Assembly (NCBI GenBank): GCA_963796965.1 | Contig: CAWCNS010000004.1 | Coordinates: 64,001 to 128,000, forward strand | Direction of reading: 5' to 3' | DNA: 64,000 nt | Source: Calditrichia bacterium | GTDB taxonomy: Bacteria > Calditrichota > Calditrichia > JAJRVZ01 | In this document: one piece after another, positions 10,608 to 19,839 of the stretch | Numbering within the stretch: the first letter of the stretch is position 1 | How the letters are laid out: the number at the start of each line of letters is the position of its first letter | Made by a program: the position numbers and the translations under genes | The notes under the pieces: generated by a model | Databases searched by the model: none | What the model was told of the DNA's origin: nothing | What the model saw: the letters and a program-made list of their open reading frames with translations, nothing else

Positions 10608-11078
10608 ATGAAAATTACGATCACTTTTCGAGCGATAACACCGGATGATGAGGATTTCCTTTTTCTGCTTTATGCCGGTACGCGTGAAAAAGAGCTGGCA
10701 CAAACTACCTGGACATCAACTGAGAAAGATTCCTTTCTTAAACAGCAATTTTCAGCCCAGCATCAATTTTATATGCAACAATTCTCCCAAGCAACGTTCG
10801 AAATTATTTTGGCAGATAATAAGTCGGCTGGCAGGCTCTATGTGGATCGTCGCAAGGATGAAATCCGCCTCATCGATATTGCCCTGTTACCGGAGTATCG
10901 TAATAAAGGCATTGGAACTTCATTGCTCAGGAAACTGCTGGAGGAAGCAGGAGAGATGAATAAACCACTACGGATCCACGTGGAAAAATTCAATCCAGCC
11001 CTGCAACTTTACCAGCGTCTGGGATTTAAAAAGATTGATGACGTTGGCGTTTACTACTTTATGGAATGGAAGTCCTAA
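10608..11078 (+). CDS. GNAT-family N-acetyltransferase
   Basis: IDIALLPEYRNKGIGT acetyl-CoA motif A; NPALQLYQRLGF motif B. Confidence 0.92.
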   Translation: MKITITFRAITPDDEDFLFLLYAGTREKELAQTTWTSTEKDSFLKQQFSAQHQFYMQQFSQATFEIILADNKSAGRLYVDRRKDEIRLIDIALLPEYRNKGIGTSLLRKLLEEAGEMNKPLRIHVEKFNPALQLYQRLGFKKIDDVGVYYFMEWKS

Positions 11079-11374
11079 TGCTTGAAAAAACAACCGCAAA
11101 AGATTTTTCACCCTTCCTAAATAAAATGTTTAATATTTATTTTGACCCCTCTTCACCAATAGCACTTGAATTGATTGAAGTTAGTGAACAAGGAATAACA
11201 TCAGCCACGTCAGGCAGAACATCCTTTTCCATTGTATTTCGGGGATCAAAAGTTGATGTTTGGCCGCAAGGAATGTATAAGGTCGAACATGAGAGCCTGG
11301 AAGAAATGATCCTGTTTCTGGTCCCCATTGGGCCTGATAATCTGGGGCAGTGTTACGAAGCTGTTTTTAACTAG
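11078..11374 (+). CDS. DUF6916-like small conserved protein
   Basis: TAATG stop/start overlap with the GNAT gene; FSIVFRG..PQGMY..EH..LFLVPIG...YEAVFN. Confidence 0.75.
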   Translation: MLEKTTAKDFSPFLNKMFNIYFDPSSPIALELIEVSEQGITSATSGRTSFSIVFRGSKVDVWPQGMYKVEHESLEEMILFLVPIGPDNLGQCYEAVFN

Positions 11375-11612
11375 TTCAATATTCCTGGATTTCAATTCTT
11401 CCTGATCTTGTGATTAAGAGAAATTTGTAATTGGGGATTTGTTATTTAGTAGCGTTGGTGGTTTTTTTTTGATCTCCTTGCGAGTTTATTTGGTTCGTGA
11501 TTGAACTGATTTTATAAAACATTGCTGTGACTTTATACCTAATTCCGAGTTCCAAATTACAAATCACACCAATCTTTTTTTACTCTTCAATATTTATTAA
11601 TTGAAATAATAC

Positions 11613-12914
11613 CTATAAAGCTTGAAAGATTTCGATTGGTTTTTTCCGCCCCTTGATATCGGTTTGGCCAAGCGGTTTATATTCATCTCCAGTTATCTGA
11701 ATTTTCTCCAAAACCTCTTTTGATATCAGAATAGTCGAATCGAAATTTTTGTTCAATTGCTCGATACGAGAAGCCAGTATCACCACATTACCGGTTACAG
11801 AATATTGTTTGCGGGTGGTGGTTCCCACGTTTCCGGTTACCACGTCGCCAGCATGTAATCCAATGCCAATTTTTATATTTGGAATTTTCTTATCTTTAAT
11901 TTGCAGATTCAGTTCTTTTTCAATTTCCAAAGCCGCATTTACAGCATTTTGACAGTCATTTCCTTTTGAAACCGGAGCCCCAAAAGTGGCCATAAAACCA
12001 TCCCCCATAAACTGATTGATTATTCCATGGTTCTTATTAATAATCTCGATCATGAATGAGAAAACATCATTTTGAAACTGTATAATTTCTTCCGGCTTTT
12101 TACTCTCGGAAAAGGGTGTGAAATCCCGGATGTCCAGAAACATGATACACACAAAATGCCGTTTACTTGTAATCTCAAATTTTGTATTAATGATTTCGTC
12201 TACGATTTCTGATGATACTTGTTGACCAAAAAGTTTTTCTATATTATTTCTCTCCTCCAATGTTGAAAATGATTTAAATATCCTCCCTTTAATTTGATTG
12301 GTCACCAGTCCAGCCACAATACCAGAAATAAACATAAGTAAGGCCTTGCCAATATATAAATAGGGATAATTTAATATTTGAAACTCAGTGCTATCGGGCG
12401 TCTCGAGGCCTCCCGTATAAATATAGACAAGAATTAAATATTCGATAGCAGCCAAACTGCCAGCAAAAAAGCATATTTTGAATTCTAATTCAAATATGGA
12501 AAGGATTATCAATATAAAATACAAAAGGACAACAGGTGTATGTAATAAAATAACAGAGGGAAAATTTATACCCAATATCAAAATGGCTATTGTGGGCAGG
12601 CTTATTTCAAGGGCGGCATTCAGGTAGCGGAGAATTTCAGGAAGTTTTTTCCCTTTTTCAATCCAGCGACTCCATACCTGTCTGACAAATAAAGATCTGA
12701 TTGCAAAAAAAACAAGTAGAATAACGATCCAGAGAAGAGGATTCTGCCCTATAAAAAGTTGATCAAACCGGTCCCCAAAGAAAATTAAAAGAAAACTTAG
12801 ATAAATCGTGATGACACCAAAAATGGCTGCAATGATATATAACCTAAATCTTTCCCCTTGCAGAACCTCAGTTGAGAACTCTTTATCAAAATTATTCAAG
12901 TTTGATTTCACCAT
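11613..12914 (-). CDS. Membrane-bound class III adenylate/guanylate cyclase
   Basis: ~6 TM helices, then MFLDIRDFT, QFMGDGFMATFG, IGIGLHAGDVVTGNVG, GNVVILASRIEQLNK, KGRK. Confidence 0.9.
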   Translation of the reverse strand: MVKSNLNNFDKEFSTEVLQGERFRLYIIAAIFGVITIYLSFLLIFFGDRFDQLFIGQNPLLWIVILLVFFAIRSLFVRQVWSRWIEKGKKLPEILRYLNAALEISLPTIAILILGINFPSVILLHTPVVLLYFILIILSIFELEFKICFFAGSLAAIEYLILVYIYTGGLETPDSTEFQILNYPYLYIGKALLMFISGIVAGLVTNQIKGRIFKSFSTLEERNNIEKLFGQQVSSEIVDEIINTKFEITSKRHFVCIMFLDIRDFTPFSESKKPEEIIQFQNDVFSFMIEIINKNHGIINQFMGDGFMATFGAPVSKGNDCQNAVNAALEIEKELNLQIKDKKIPNIKIGIGLHAGDVVTGNVGTTTRKQYSVTGNVVILASRIEQLNKNFDSTILISKEVLEKIQITGDEYKPLGQTDIKGRKKPIEIFQAL

Positions 12915-13187
12915 ACCCTTAACTCAAAATACTAATGATTCAATTCTATGTTTTTAAATAGTAATGATGGCTTCTCTTTTTCTGAAATCCAAAGCCAACC
13001 AAACCAATATAAATAAAATACGATTTTTAAACCATAATCTTTCTATAAGATTAGAATTCATGTCGACGATGAAGATTGACTGAGAGATAGTATCTTGCTG
13101 ATTAGTCCTGATTTTTTAGAGTATTTCTACAGTATTTTAATCGTTTTGTGGTTATATTATATTGAACTTAAGAGATTGGTGAATAGT

Positions 13188-13925
13188 ATGGATGTAAAAC
13201 TAGCGGTATTGATTGACGGTGATAATATACCCTCGGCTTTTGTAAAAGAAATGATGGAGGAAATTGCCAAGTATGGAAATCCTACCATCAAAAGAATTTA
13301 TGGGGATTGGACAAAACCTCATTTATCAAAATGGAAGTCAATCCTATTAGAAAACGCTATAACGCCAATTCAGCAATACGGTTATACAACTGGAAAAAAT
13401 GCCACCGATTCTGCTATGATTATTGATGCCATGGATATTTTATATTCAGAAAAAGTAAATGGATTTTGTCTGGTTTCAAGCGATAGTGATTTTACCCGTT
13501 TGGCCACAAGGTTGCGGGAAGCAGGGATGACTGTATTTGGAATTGGAGAAAAAAAGACGCCGGATCCGTTTATTGTTGCCTGTGATAAGTTCATCTATAT
13601 AGAAATTCTTAAACATGAATCGGAGGAGAGTAAATCAGACAATACGGAAGGTGAATCCACACAAGAAAAAAACATTGATAAAATTACACCAAAGGTTCTG
13701 AGACTGATTTCCTTGACTATATCAGATCTGGCAGATGATGACGGTTGGGCCTTTTTGGGGGATGTTGGAAATCTCCTACAGAAAAAACAACCCAATTTTG
13801 ATTCCAGAAACTACGGTTTTCAAAAGTTGACACCCCTGATCAAATCCACAAAAGCTTTTGATATCGAACAACGCGAAAGTCCAAAAGGAAAATTTAAATT
13901 GATCTATGTTAAAAATAAAGAATAG
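13188..13925 (+). CDS. NYN (LabA/DUF88 PIN-like) domain protein with C-terminal OST-HTH/LOTUS domain
   Basis: LAVLIDGDN, KRIYGDW, GKNATDSAMIIDAMD, SSDSDF; FDSRNYGFQKL. Confidence 0.9.
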   Translation: MDVKLAVLIDGDNIPSAFVKEMMEEIAKYGNPTIKRIYGDWTKPHLSKWKSILLENAITPIQQYGYTTGKNATDSAMIIDAMDILYSEKVNGFCLVSSDSDFTRLATRLREAGMTVFGIGEKKTPDPFIVACDKFIYIEILKHESEESKSDNTEGESTQEKNIDKITPKVLRLISLTISDLADDDGWAFLGDVGNLLQKKQPNFDSRNYGFQKLTPLIKSTKAFDIEQRESPKGKFKLIYVKNKE

Positions 13926-14097
13926 TAGAAATTGGTAATTGGTAATTAGTTCTCGCATCATCAATCATTAGTCATGGACCTAATATTTCTAACCAGAACC
14001 CAGTACCGGGTAACCAGCTCTGATTCCCAATCACCTTTCCCCTAATCCCGATTCTTGAAATAGGACTTGACAAGCAGTAGAGACGGCTGCAACTTTT

Positions 14098-14150
14098 ATC
14101 CCCAATCCCCAATCCCCAATCCCCAATCCCCAATCCCCAATCCCCAATCT
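14098..14150. repeat. Perfect heptamer tandem repeat (ATCCCCA)x7
   Basis: Directly visible upstream of the phosphofructokinase gene. Confidence 0.95.
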
Positions 14151-14239
14151 ATAAAATATTTTCTTTATTCTTTTCCTTAGATTTAATAAACTATAACCAG
14201 TTAATTATAATCATTAATCATAAAAAAGAGAGATTTTAA

Positions 14240-15445
14240 ATGAGTAATGTAAAAACCAATAAAGGTGTAATTGCTATCCTTACGGGTGGTGGAGATGTGC
14301 CCGGTTTAAATCCGGCCATCAGGGCAGTGACAATTCGGGCCATACGGGAAGGCTATAAAGTTATCGGCATCCGCCGCGGTTGGGGCGGTATGATCGAAAT
14401 AATCCGCGATAAGAATGTGGATAACAGCAATAATTATTTCGTATTAACCGAGGATGTCGTTAATAAAGCCGGGCGTACGGGGGGTACTTTCCTACACAGT
14501 TCGCGAACACGTCCCAGCCATGTACCAAAAGTAAATGTACCCACCCATCTGCAAGACACCTATACCGATGAAATGAATGATCTGACACCGGAAGTAATCA
14601 AAAATCTTGAATTTATCGGTGCTGATTATCTGATTCCCATCGGTGGTGACGATACCTTGAGTTATGCCGTCCGTCTTCATAAGGAAGGTGTCAAACTGGT
14701 CTCAATTCCAAAAACAATGGACAATGATGTTCCTGGTACGGATTATTGTATCGGATTCAGTACTTGTATCACCCGCACGATTGAAATGACCGACAGTCTG
14801 CGTACCACCGCGGGTTCTCATGAGCGTCTCCTGATCCTGGAGGTTTTTGGCCGCTATGCGGGTTATACGGCCATGTTGCCAACAATGGCTGGTGCAGCGA
14901 ACAGATGTGTTATCCCCGAGTACGAATTTGATATAGAACGATTGACAGAATTAATGGTTTATGATCGTAATCGGAATCCAAGTAAATATGCTGTTGTCCT
15001 GGTTTCAGAAGGAGCAATTTTTACGGGTAGTGAGATGACTTTTGAAGATCACTCAACAGATGCCTATGGTCATAAAAAACTTGGTGGGATCGGTGAACTT
15101 GTATCGGCAAATCTAAAAGAGATGTCAGCCAAATTTAATAATGGAAAACGCGTCAATGTAATTAACCAAAAACTTGGCTACCTGGTGCGCTGCGGGGAGC
15201 CGGATGCGATCGATTCTATCGTTCCGATGGCCTATGGAACATTGGCTCTTGATCTTATTATGAACGGTGAATACGGACGGCTTGTTGTTCTTAAAAATGG
15301 CCGTTATGATAGCATGCCCATCGATGTGGTTACCAGTACGAAAAAGTTAGTAGATGTGAAAGAACATTATAATACGGACAGGTTGAGGCCACAATATAAG
15401 AGCTTTGGAAATAAACCATTGTTTATTATGACGAGTGAAGGATAG
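14240..15445 (+). CDS. pfkA: 6-phosphofructokinase (PfkA family, probably PPi-dependent)
   Basis: TGGGDVPGLN, GGTFLHSSR, IGGDDT, PKTMDND, EVFGRYAG. Confidence 0.88.
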   Translation: MSNVKTNKGVIAILTGGGDVPGLNPAIRAVTIRAIREGYKVIGIRRGWGGMIEIIRDKNVDNSNNYFVLTEDVVNKAGRTGGTFLHSSRTRPSHVPKVNVPTHLQDTYTDEMNDLTPEVIKNLEFIGADYLIPIGGDDTLSYAVRLHKEGVKLVSIPKTMDNDVPGTDYCIGFSTCITRTIEMTDSLRTTAGSHERLLILEVFGRYAGYTAMLPTMAGAANRCVIPEYEFDIERLTELMVYDRNRNPSKYAVVLVSEGAIFTGSEMTFEDHSTDAYGHKKLGGIGELVSANLKEMSAKFNNGKRVNVINQKLGYLVRCGEPDAIDSIVPMAYGTLALDLIMNGEYGRLVVLKNGRYDSMPIDVVTSTKKLVDVKEHYNTDRLRPQYKSFGNKPLFIMTSEG

Positions 15446-16028
15446 TTTCTGGTTGCTGGGTTCTTGGTTCTTGATCTAAAATGGAAAGCATCCTCAGAAC
15501 TACCGGGCTAAATTTTCAAGTATCGATGTAAATAATCTATCCGCTACGAGGAATCATAGTTTATGGTTGATGATTACTGTTTACAATAATTAAGCCTCTA
15601 CAAGGCTTTGATAGAATTAAATTATAGGATTTCATGATTCGATTCATTAGCATATCTTCAGAAGATTAATTATTATAACAACAATCAGACATTTCGCTAC
15701 ATCCTCTGTAGAGGATTGCATAAGAATCCTGGTTACCTGGATTGAAATTAGGGTCTACAAAGACATAGTTTAATATTCAGTGATTGTATAAACCGCCAGA
15801 ATAATAACATCAATTTGTTATTCGCCAGAAGTGAGTATCCAGAATCCAGTAACAAAAGAATCAAGTAACCAGAACCCAGATTCAAACACCCAGAGCCCGA
15901 CCAGATATTCCCTCCACAAATCTCCCAAATTCTGACTAAAAACCACATGATCATGCGATTTACAGATTAATTCCCATTACCTATTTTATAGTGAGAACTT
16001 AAAAACCAACCAAAATTTGGAGGAGATT

Positions 16029-17442
16029 ATGAAAAAGTGTACTTTTTTATCACTACTGTTAATGGTTTTAACCAGTATGACATCTCTAATGGGCCAGCCG
16101 ATGAGTTTTTCATCCGATTCTGTTATTTCGACCGGATATACACCCTGGGCAATTGTGTGCGCTGATTTTGATGCCGATAGTTTTCTTGATATAGCCGTCG
16201 GCATTGACAATGAGTCGATCTTTGATCCCACTGCTATTTATCTTAACGATGGCAGTGGCATTTTGTTGACAACGGCAGATTCATTATACCAAAATACAAA
16301 CGGTCCCAGGGGCATGGCAGCGGGAGATCTTAATAACGATCAGATTCCCGATTTGGCCGTGAGTATTGAGGATGATTCTACCATCGTTATCTTGTTGGGA
16401 AATGGCGATGGTTCATTCACAAGAGGGGCTGATGTGGCTGTACCCACAGAACCCGGCAATCTCGTCATTACAGATCTTGATAATGATCTTAAAAATGACC
16501 TGGCGGTTGTATCCGGGTATAGTTTCCTGATAACATATAAGGGCGATGGACAAGGTGCATTCGCCGAGCCGGTTAAAAAAGCCGGAACAAGTTCGGCACA
16601 TGATCTTGAAGCTTCTGATATGAATGGGGACGGTTATATCGATTTACTGGTAGGTTCCGGTAATGTCAGATCCGTAGGATTATACTTGAATGACGGAGCA
16701 GGCAATTTTGATACACGTTCCAATTTATATTTAATGAGAACCCCCTGGGAATTAGGTGTGGGGGATTTTAATAAGGATGGTTATCTGGATGTAGCCGCTG
16801 GTAGCGGTAGTTATGATTTTGATAATGTATTTGTGTTGCTTGGTGACAGTGCTGGAAACTATACATGTCCGGATACACTGAGTCCGGGAACTTATGTGGG
16901 CGATGTTTCCGTCGGTGATTATAATAATGATAAAAACTTAGATCTTCTGGTTGTGGATAGAAATGGTCTCTATATTTTAAGTGGATCAGGTGATGGCCAT
17001 TTTAGTCATACCGATACCATCGATTATGATGAGGGGAGTTACAGGGCTAAAAAGGTCACCTCGGAGGATATTGATAATGATGGCCGGTTAGATCTTGTTG
17101 TAGCCAGAGATAAACAAATCTCTATTTATTACAATACCGGCGCGTATACCTCTATTAAAGACTAATACTATAAATCCGCTTGATTTTCAGCTGGATCAAA
17201 ATTATCCTAATCCCTTTAACCCAGCCACAACAATTAATTACGAATTACAAATTACGAATTACGTTGAACTAATCATTTATAATTTGCTGGGGCAAAAGGT
17301 CGCCACATTAGTCTCTGAATCTCAAAACGTCGGTCAACATCAGGCAACATGGGATGCCTCTGGATTTTCCAGTGGGGTCTATTTTTATAGATTAAAAACA
17401 GAAAATGGCAGCATGATCAAAAAAATGCAACTCATCAAATAA
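16029..17442 (+). CDS. FG-GAP/VCBS repeat beta-propeller protein with C-terminal sorting domain (frameshift at ~17160)
   Basis: Seven DxNxDGxxDL-type repeats; after the called stop at 17165 another frame reads DFQLDQNYPNPFNPATTINYEL...FSSGVYFYRL..KKMQLIK* ending 17442. Confidence 0.85.
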
Positions 17443-17470
17443 GATTTTCTAATTAAGTGTAGGCAATATA

Positions 17471-17656
17471 GACAGGATAACAGGATTAACAGGATAGATT
17501 TTATTGTATTCAAAATATTAGTGGGCTTTCAAGTTTAATTTTTTTTTCATGAAGACCACTAAGGACATAATTTATAAGGAATGTTTTTGGCAGAAGTGTA
17601 TGAAGTCTCATTTTAGTAAAGAATTCCAAAGATCCTGTAAATCCTGTTATCATGTC
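17471..17656. repeat. Inverted-repeat element with 8-9 nt ACAGGAT(T)A units (MITE/REP-like)
   Basis: GACAGGATAACAGGATTAACAGGAT (17471-17495) pairs with ATCCTGTAAATCCTGTTATCATGTC (17632-17656), 23/25. Confidence 0.85.
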
Positions 17657-17700
17657 AGTAAAAATATAAACAATTGAGATTACTTAAAAAGGAGAACATC

Positions 17701-19416
17701 ATGAATGCTTTAAATCAAAAATGTTGGATATGTATCATTGCTGCTTTAATAAGCATCTGCTTTATAGCATCTGTTACAGCAGGTGATAGCGATGCTTTGC
17801 TTAAACAAGTTGATAAAGATTTACGCCAGGCAGAGCGAGATATGTTTGGTGGCAAGACTGAAAAAGCAATTGCATCATTAGAAAATATTAATATATCCAT
17901 TCAAAAAATCAAAGCAGATGATCCGGAAAATCCCAAATTAAAAACGGCCGAGAATAAATATAATAAATTGGTGAAGGACCTGGAAAGACGTACCGGAAAA
18001 AGTCTTGGAGGGGGCACACTTACTGCCGCTACGGCAAGTACGGCAACCGAAATGGCTCCAAAACCTGAAGCAAAAGAAGCAACCGCTTCTTCCACACAAG
18101 CATCTGCCGGGTCCGCTGCTGCAGCAGCAACTGGATCCGCAGCAATCTCACAAACAGCAGAAAAAAAGTCATCAACTTCCTCCGCGGCTGCGGCCAAACT
18201 TCCCTATGATGCACGAAAACCAATGTCAGAAGCGGAGAGGAATTTAAGTTCTTTGGAACGAGATATAAATAAGCTGGCCGATCCGGGTTATGGTGGAAAT
18301 AAAGACCAATTGGTTTCAAATATGGAGAAAAAAATTGCCCAGACTAATAAATCTCTGGAAGAAGCAAAGGCGTTTGCTGCTGCAAAGGGCGTAACCTCCC
18401 ATCCGGATTTTGATGCAGTTGAAGCACAAATCCTGGTGGCTGAAAAAGAAATTGCCGCAGCAAAGTCAGGTCATGAGGCAAATAAAGCCGCTGCTGCAGC
18501 CTCTTCTAATGAGGTAGAGGCAGATGTGGCAGAATTGAAAGCTACCTATGATAAAGTAGAACCGGTTTTCTCAAAGGCCCCGGGCAATGTCATATATTAT
18601 AACGATTTGAAAGCAGTTGAGGATGTGATTGTACAAATTGAAAATTTTGAGAAAAATGATTTAAAGACTGTTGAAACAAAAATGCAGGCATTTGCTTCAA
18701 AGTATGGCAATACCAAATCAGATATTGATAAAAAAGCTGATGCGATGGGATATGTTAATAATTATTACCGGGCCAGTTATGCCTATACAGAATTAGCGAC
18801 AGGTATTGAAAATGTGGCGAAGACACGTGATGTGATGGCCGAAGATCTTGTTCGCCGAACAGATAGCGAACTGAGTAGTATCAGTAAAGGGGCCGAATTA
18901 CATATGATTGAACGCTATGCAAAAGTAAGATCCTGGCTGGCCATGGCGGTACGATATCAGGCTGACAATCCAAAAGTTAAAGAATTACAAAGCACAATTG
19001 ACGCGCGTATCGATGCAGGTATGAAAGAATTTAACACCCGTGTTGACGGTCGCTCCTGGCCCGGCAATGCCTCCAATGCCCCTTCAAATGCAGATGATTT
19101 AGCCCAGGTGTCTCTTGACTGGTTTAAAAATAGTCCTGATTGGGGAAAACGTTCCTCAAAAGTTCGCCATCCCCTTGCTGTGACCGTTACAGGACCCTGG
19201 TCGGTACAAAAAAGAAACCTTCTTGGGAACCCGATCATGTATGGACTTCCAATAAAACTGGCTGTTTTGGTAGATGAAGATAAAGCACTCGATGTTGCCC
19301 GGGTTTATGAGTTGACCATGAGAACCGTCGAGCAGGCCGGTGCAAAAATGGAGCCGCCATTTGATCATATTACAGTAGGTAATAGTTATTTTATAAGACC
19401 GGATAAGGTTAAGTAA
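17701..19416 (+). CDS. Secreted hypothetical protein, helical with Ala/Ser-rich linker
   Basis: RBS AAGGAG then ATG 17701; signal peptide; long open frame; no family recognised. Confidence 0.75.
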   Translation: MNALNQKCWICIIAALISICFIASVTAGDSDALLKQVDKDLRQAERDMFGGKTEKAIASLENINISIQKIKADDPENPKLKTAENKYNKLVKDLERRTGKSLGGGTLTAATASTATEMAPKPEAKEATASSTQASAGSAAAAATGSAAISQTAEKKSSTSSAAAAKLPYDARKPMSEAERNLSSLERDINKLADPGYGGNKDQLVSNMEKKIAQTNKSLEEAKAFAAAKGVTSHPDFDAVEAQILVAEKEIAAAKSGHEANKAAAAASSNEVEADVAELKATYDKVEPVFSKAPGNVIYYNDLKAVEDVIVQIENFEKNDLKTVETKMQAFASKYGNTKSDIDKKADAMGYVNNYYRASYAYTELATGIENVAKTRDVMAEDLVRRTDSELSSISKGAELHMIERYAKVRSWLAMAVRYQADNPKVKELQSTIDARIDAGMKEFNTRVDGRSWPGNASNAPSNADDLAQVSLDWFKNSPDWGKRSSKVRHPLAVTVTGPWSVQKRNLLGNPIMYGLPIKLAVLVDEDKALDVARVYELTMRTVEQAGAKMEPPFDHITVGNSYFIRPDKVK

Positions 19417-19423
19417 AAAACGC

Positions 19424-19517
19424 AATTAGGAACTAGGTATTAGGTATTTGGTATTTGGGATTGATTTCAGTCTCCGGTCTGCAGTTTCCGGTTTCTAAGA
19501 TTGATCCCATTTTTCTT
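19424..19517. repeat. Dispersed intergenic repeat, copy 2 (inverse of 1334-1425)
   Basis: Shared 46 bp core plus heptamer tail and AAGAAAA(A)TGGG flank. Confidence 0.85.
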
Positions 19518-19839
19518 AGTAGACATACCCACTTTAAAAATAGATTTTCACTAACTGTACATCCTATACAATACTTACTGAACTAGAACGCTAAGTGAAA
19601 ATGGGCCGATCGGTTTGCAAATCTGATTAATAGGTGATAAATTCCCCGATTAATTTTTACTAAATCCAACACAAAATATATATCATCCTCACTATTTGAT
19701 TCTTTGCATCCTCGAATTAATTATAGGGCAATGATTATCCATACAGAATAAAATTAGATGGATCATTCTGTGAATTACAGATCTGGGGCTCTATTTGATC
19801 TGAATAAATTACGTAATTCTCTATATGTACTAATGCCTT

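Noticed and set aside
13188..13925. NYN protein as part of a defence or toxin-antitoxin system
   Set aside because: Stand-alone widespread LabA/DUF88-LOTUS gene with no partner gene
14098..14150. CRISPR array
   Set aside because: Contiguous 7-mers without spacers; no 23-47 bp repeat-spacer structure or cas genes anywhere in the window
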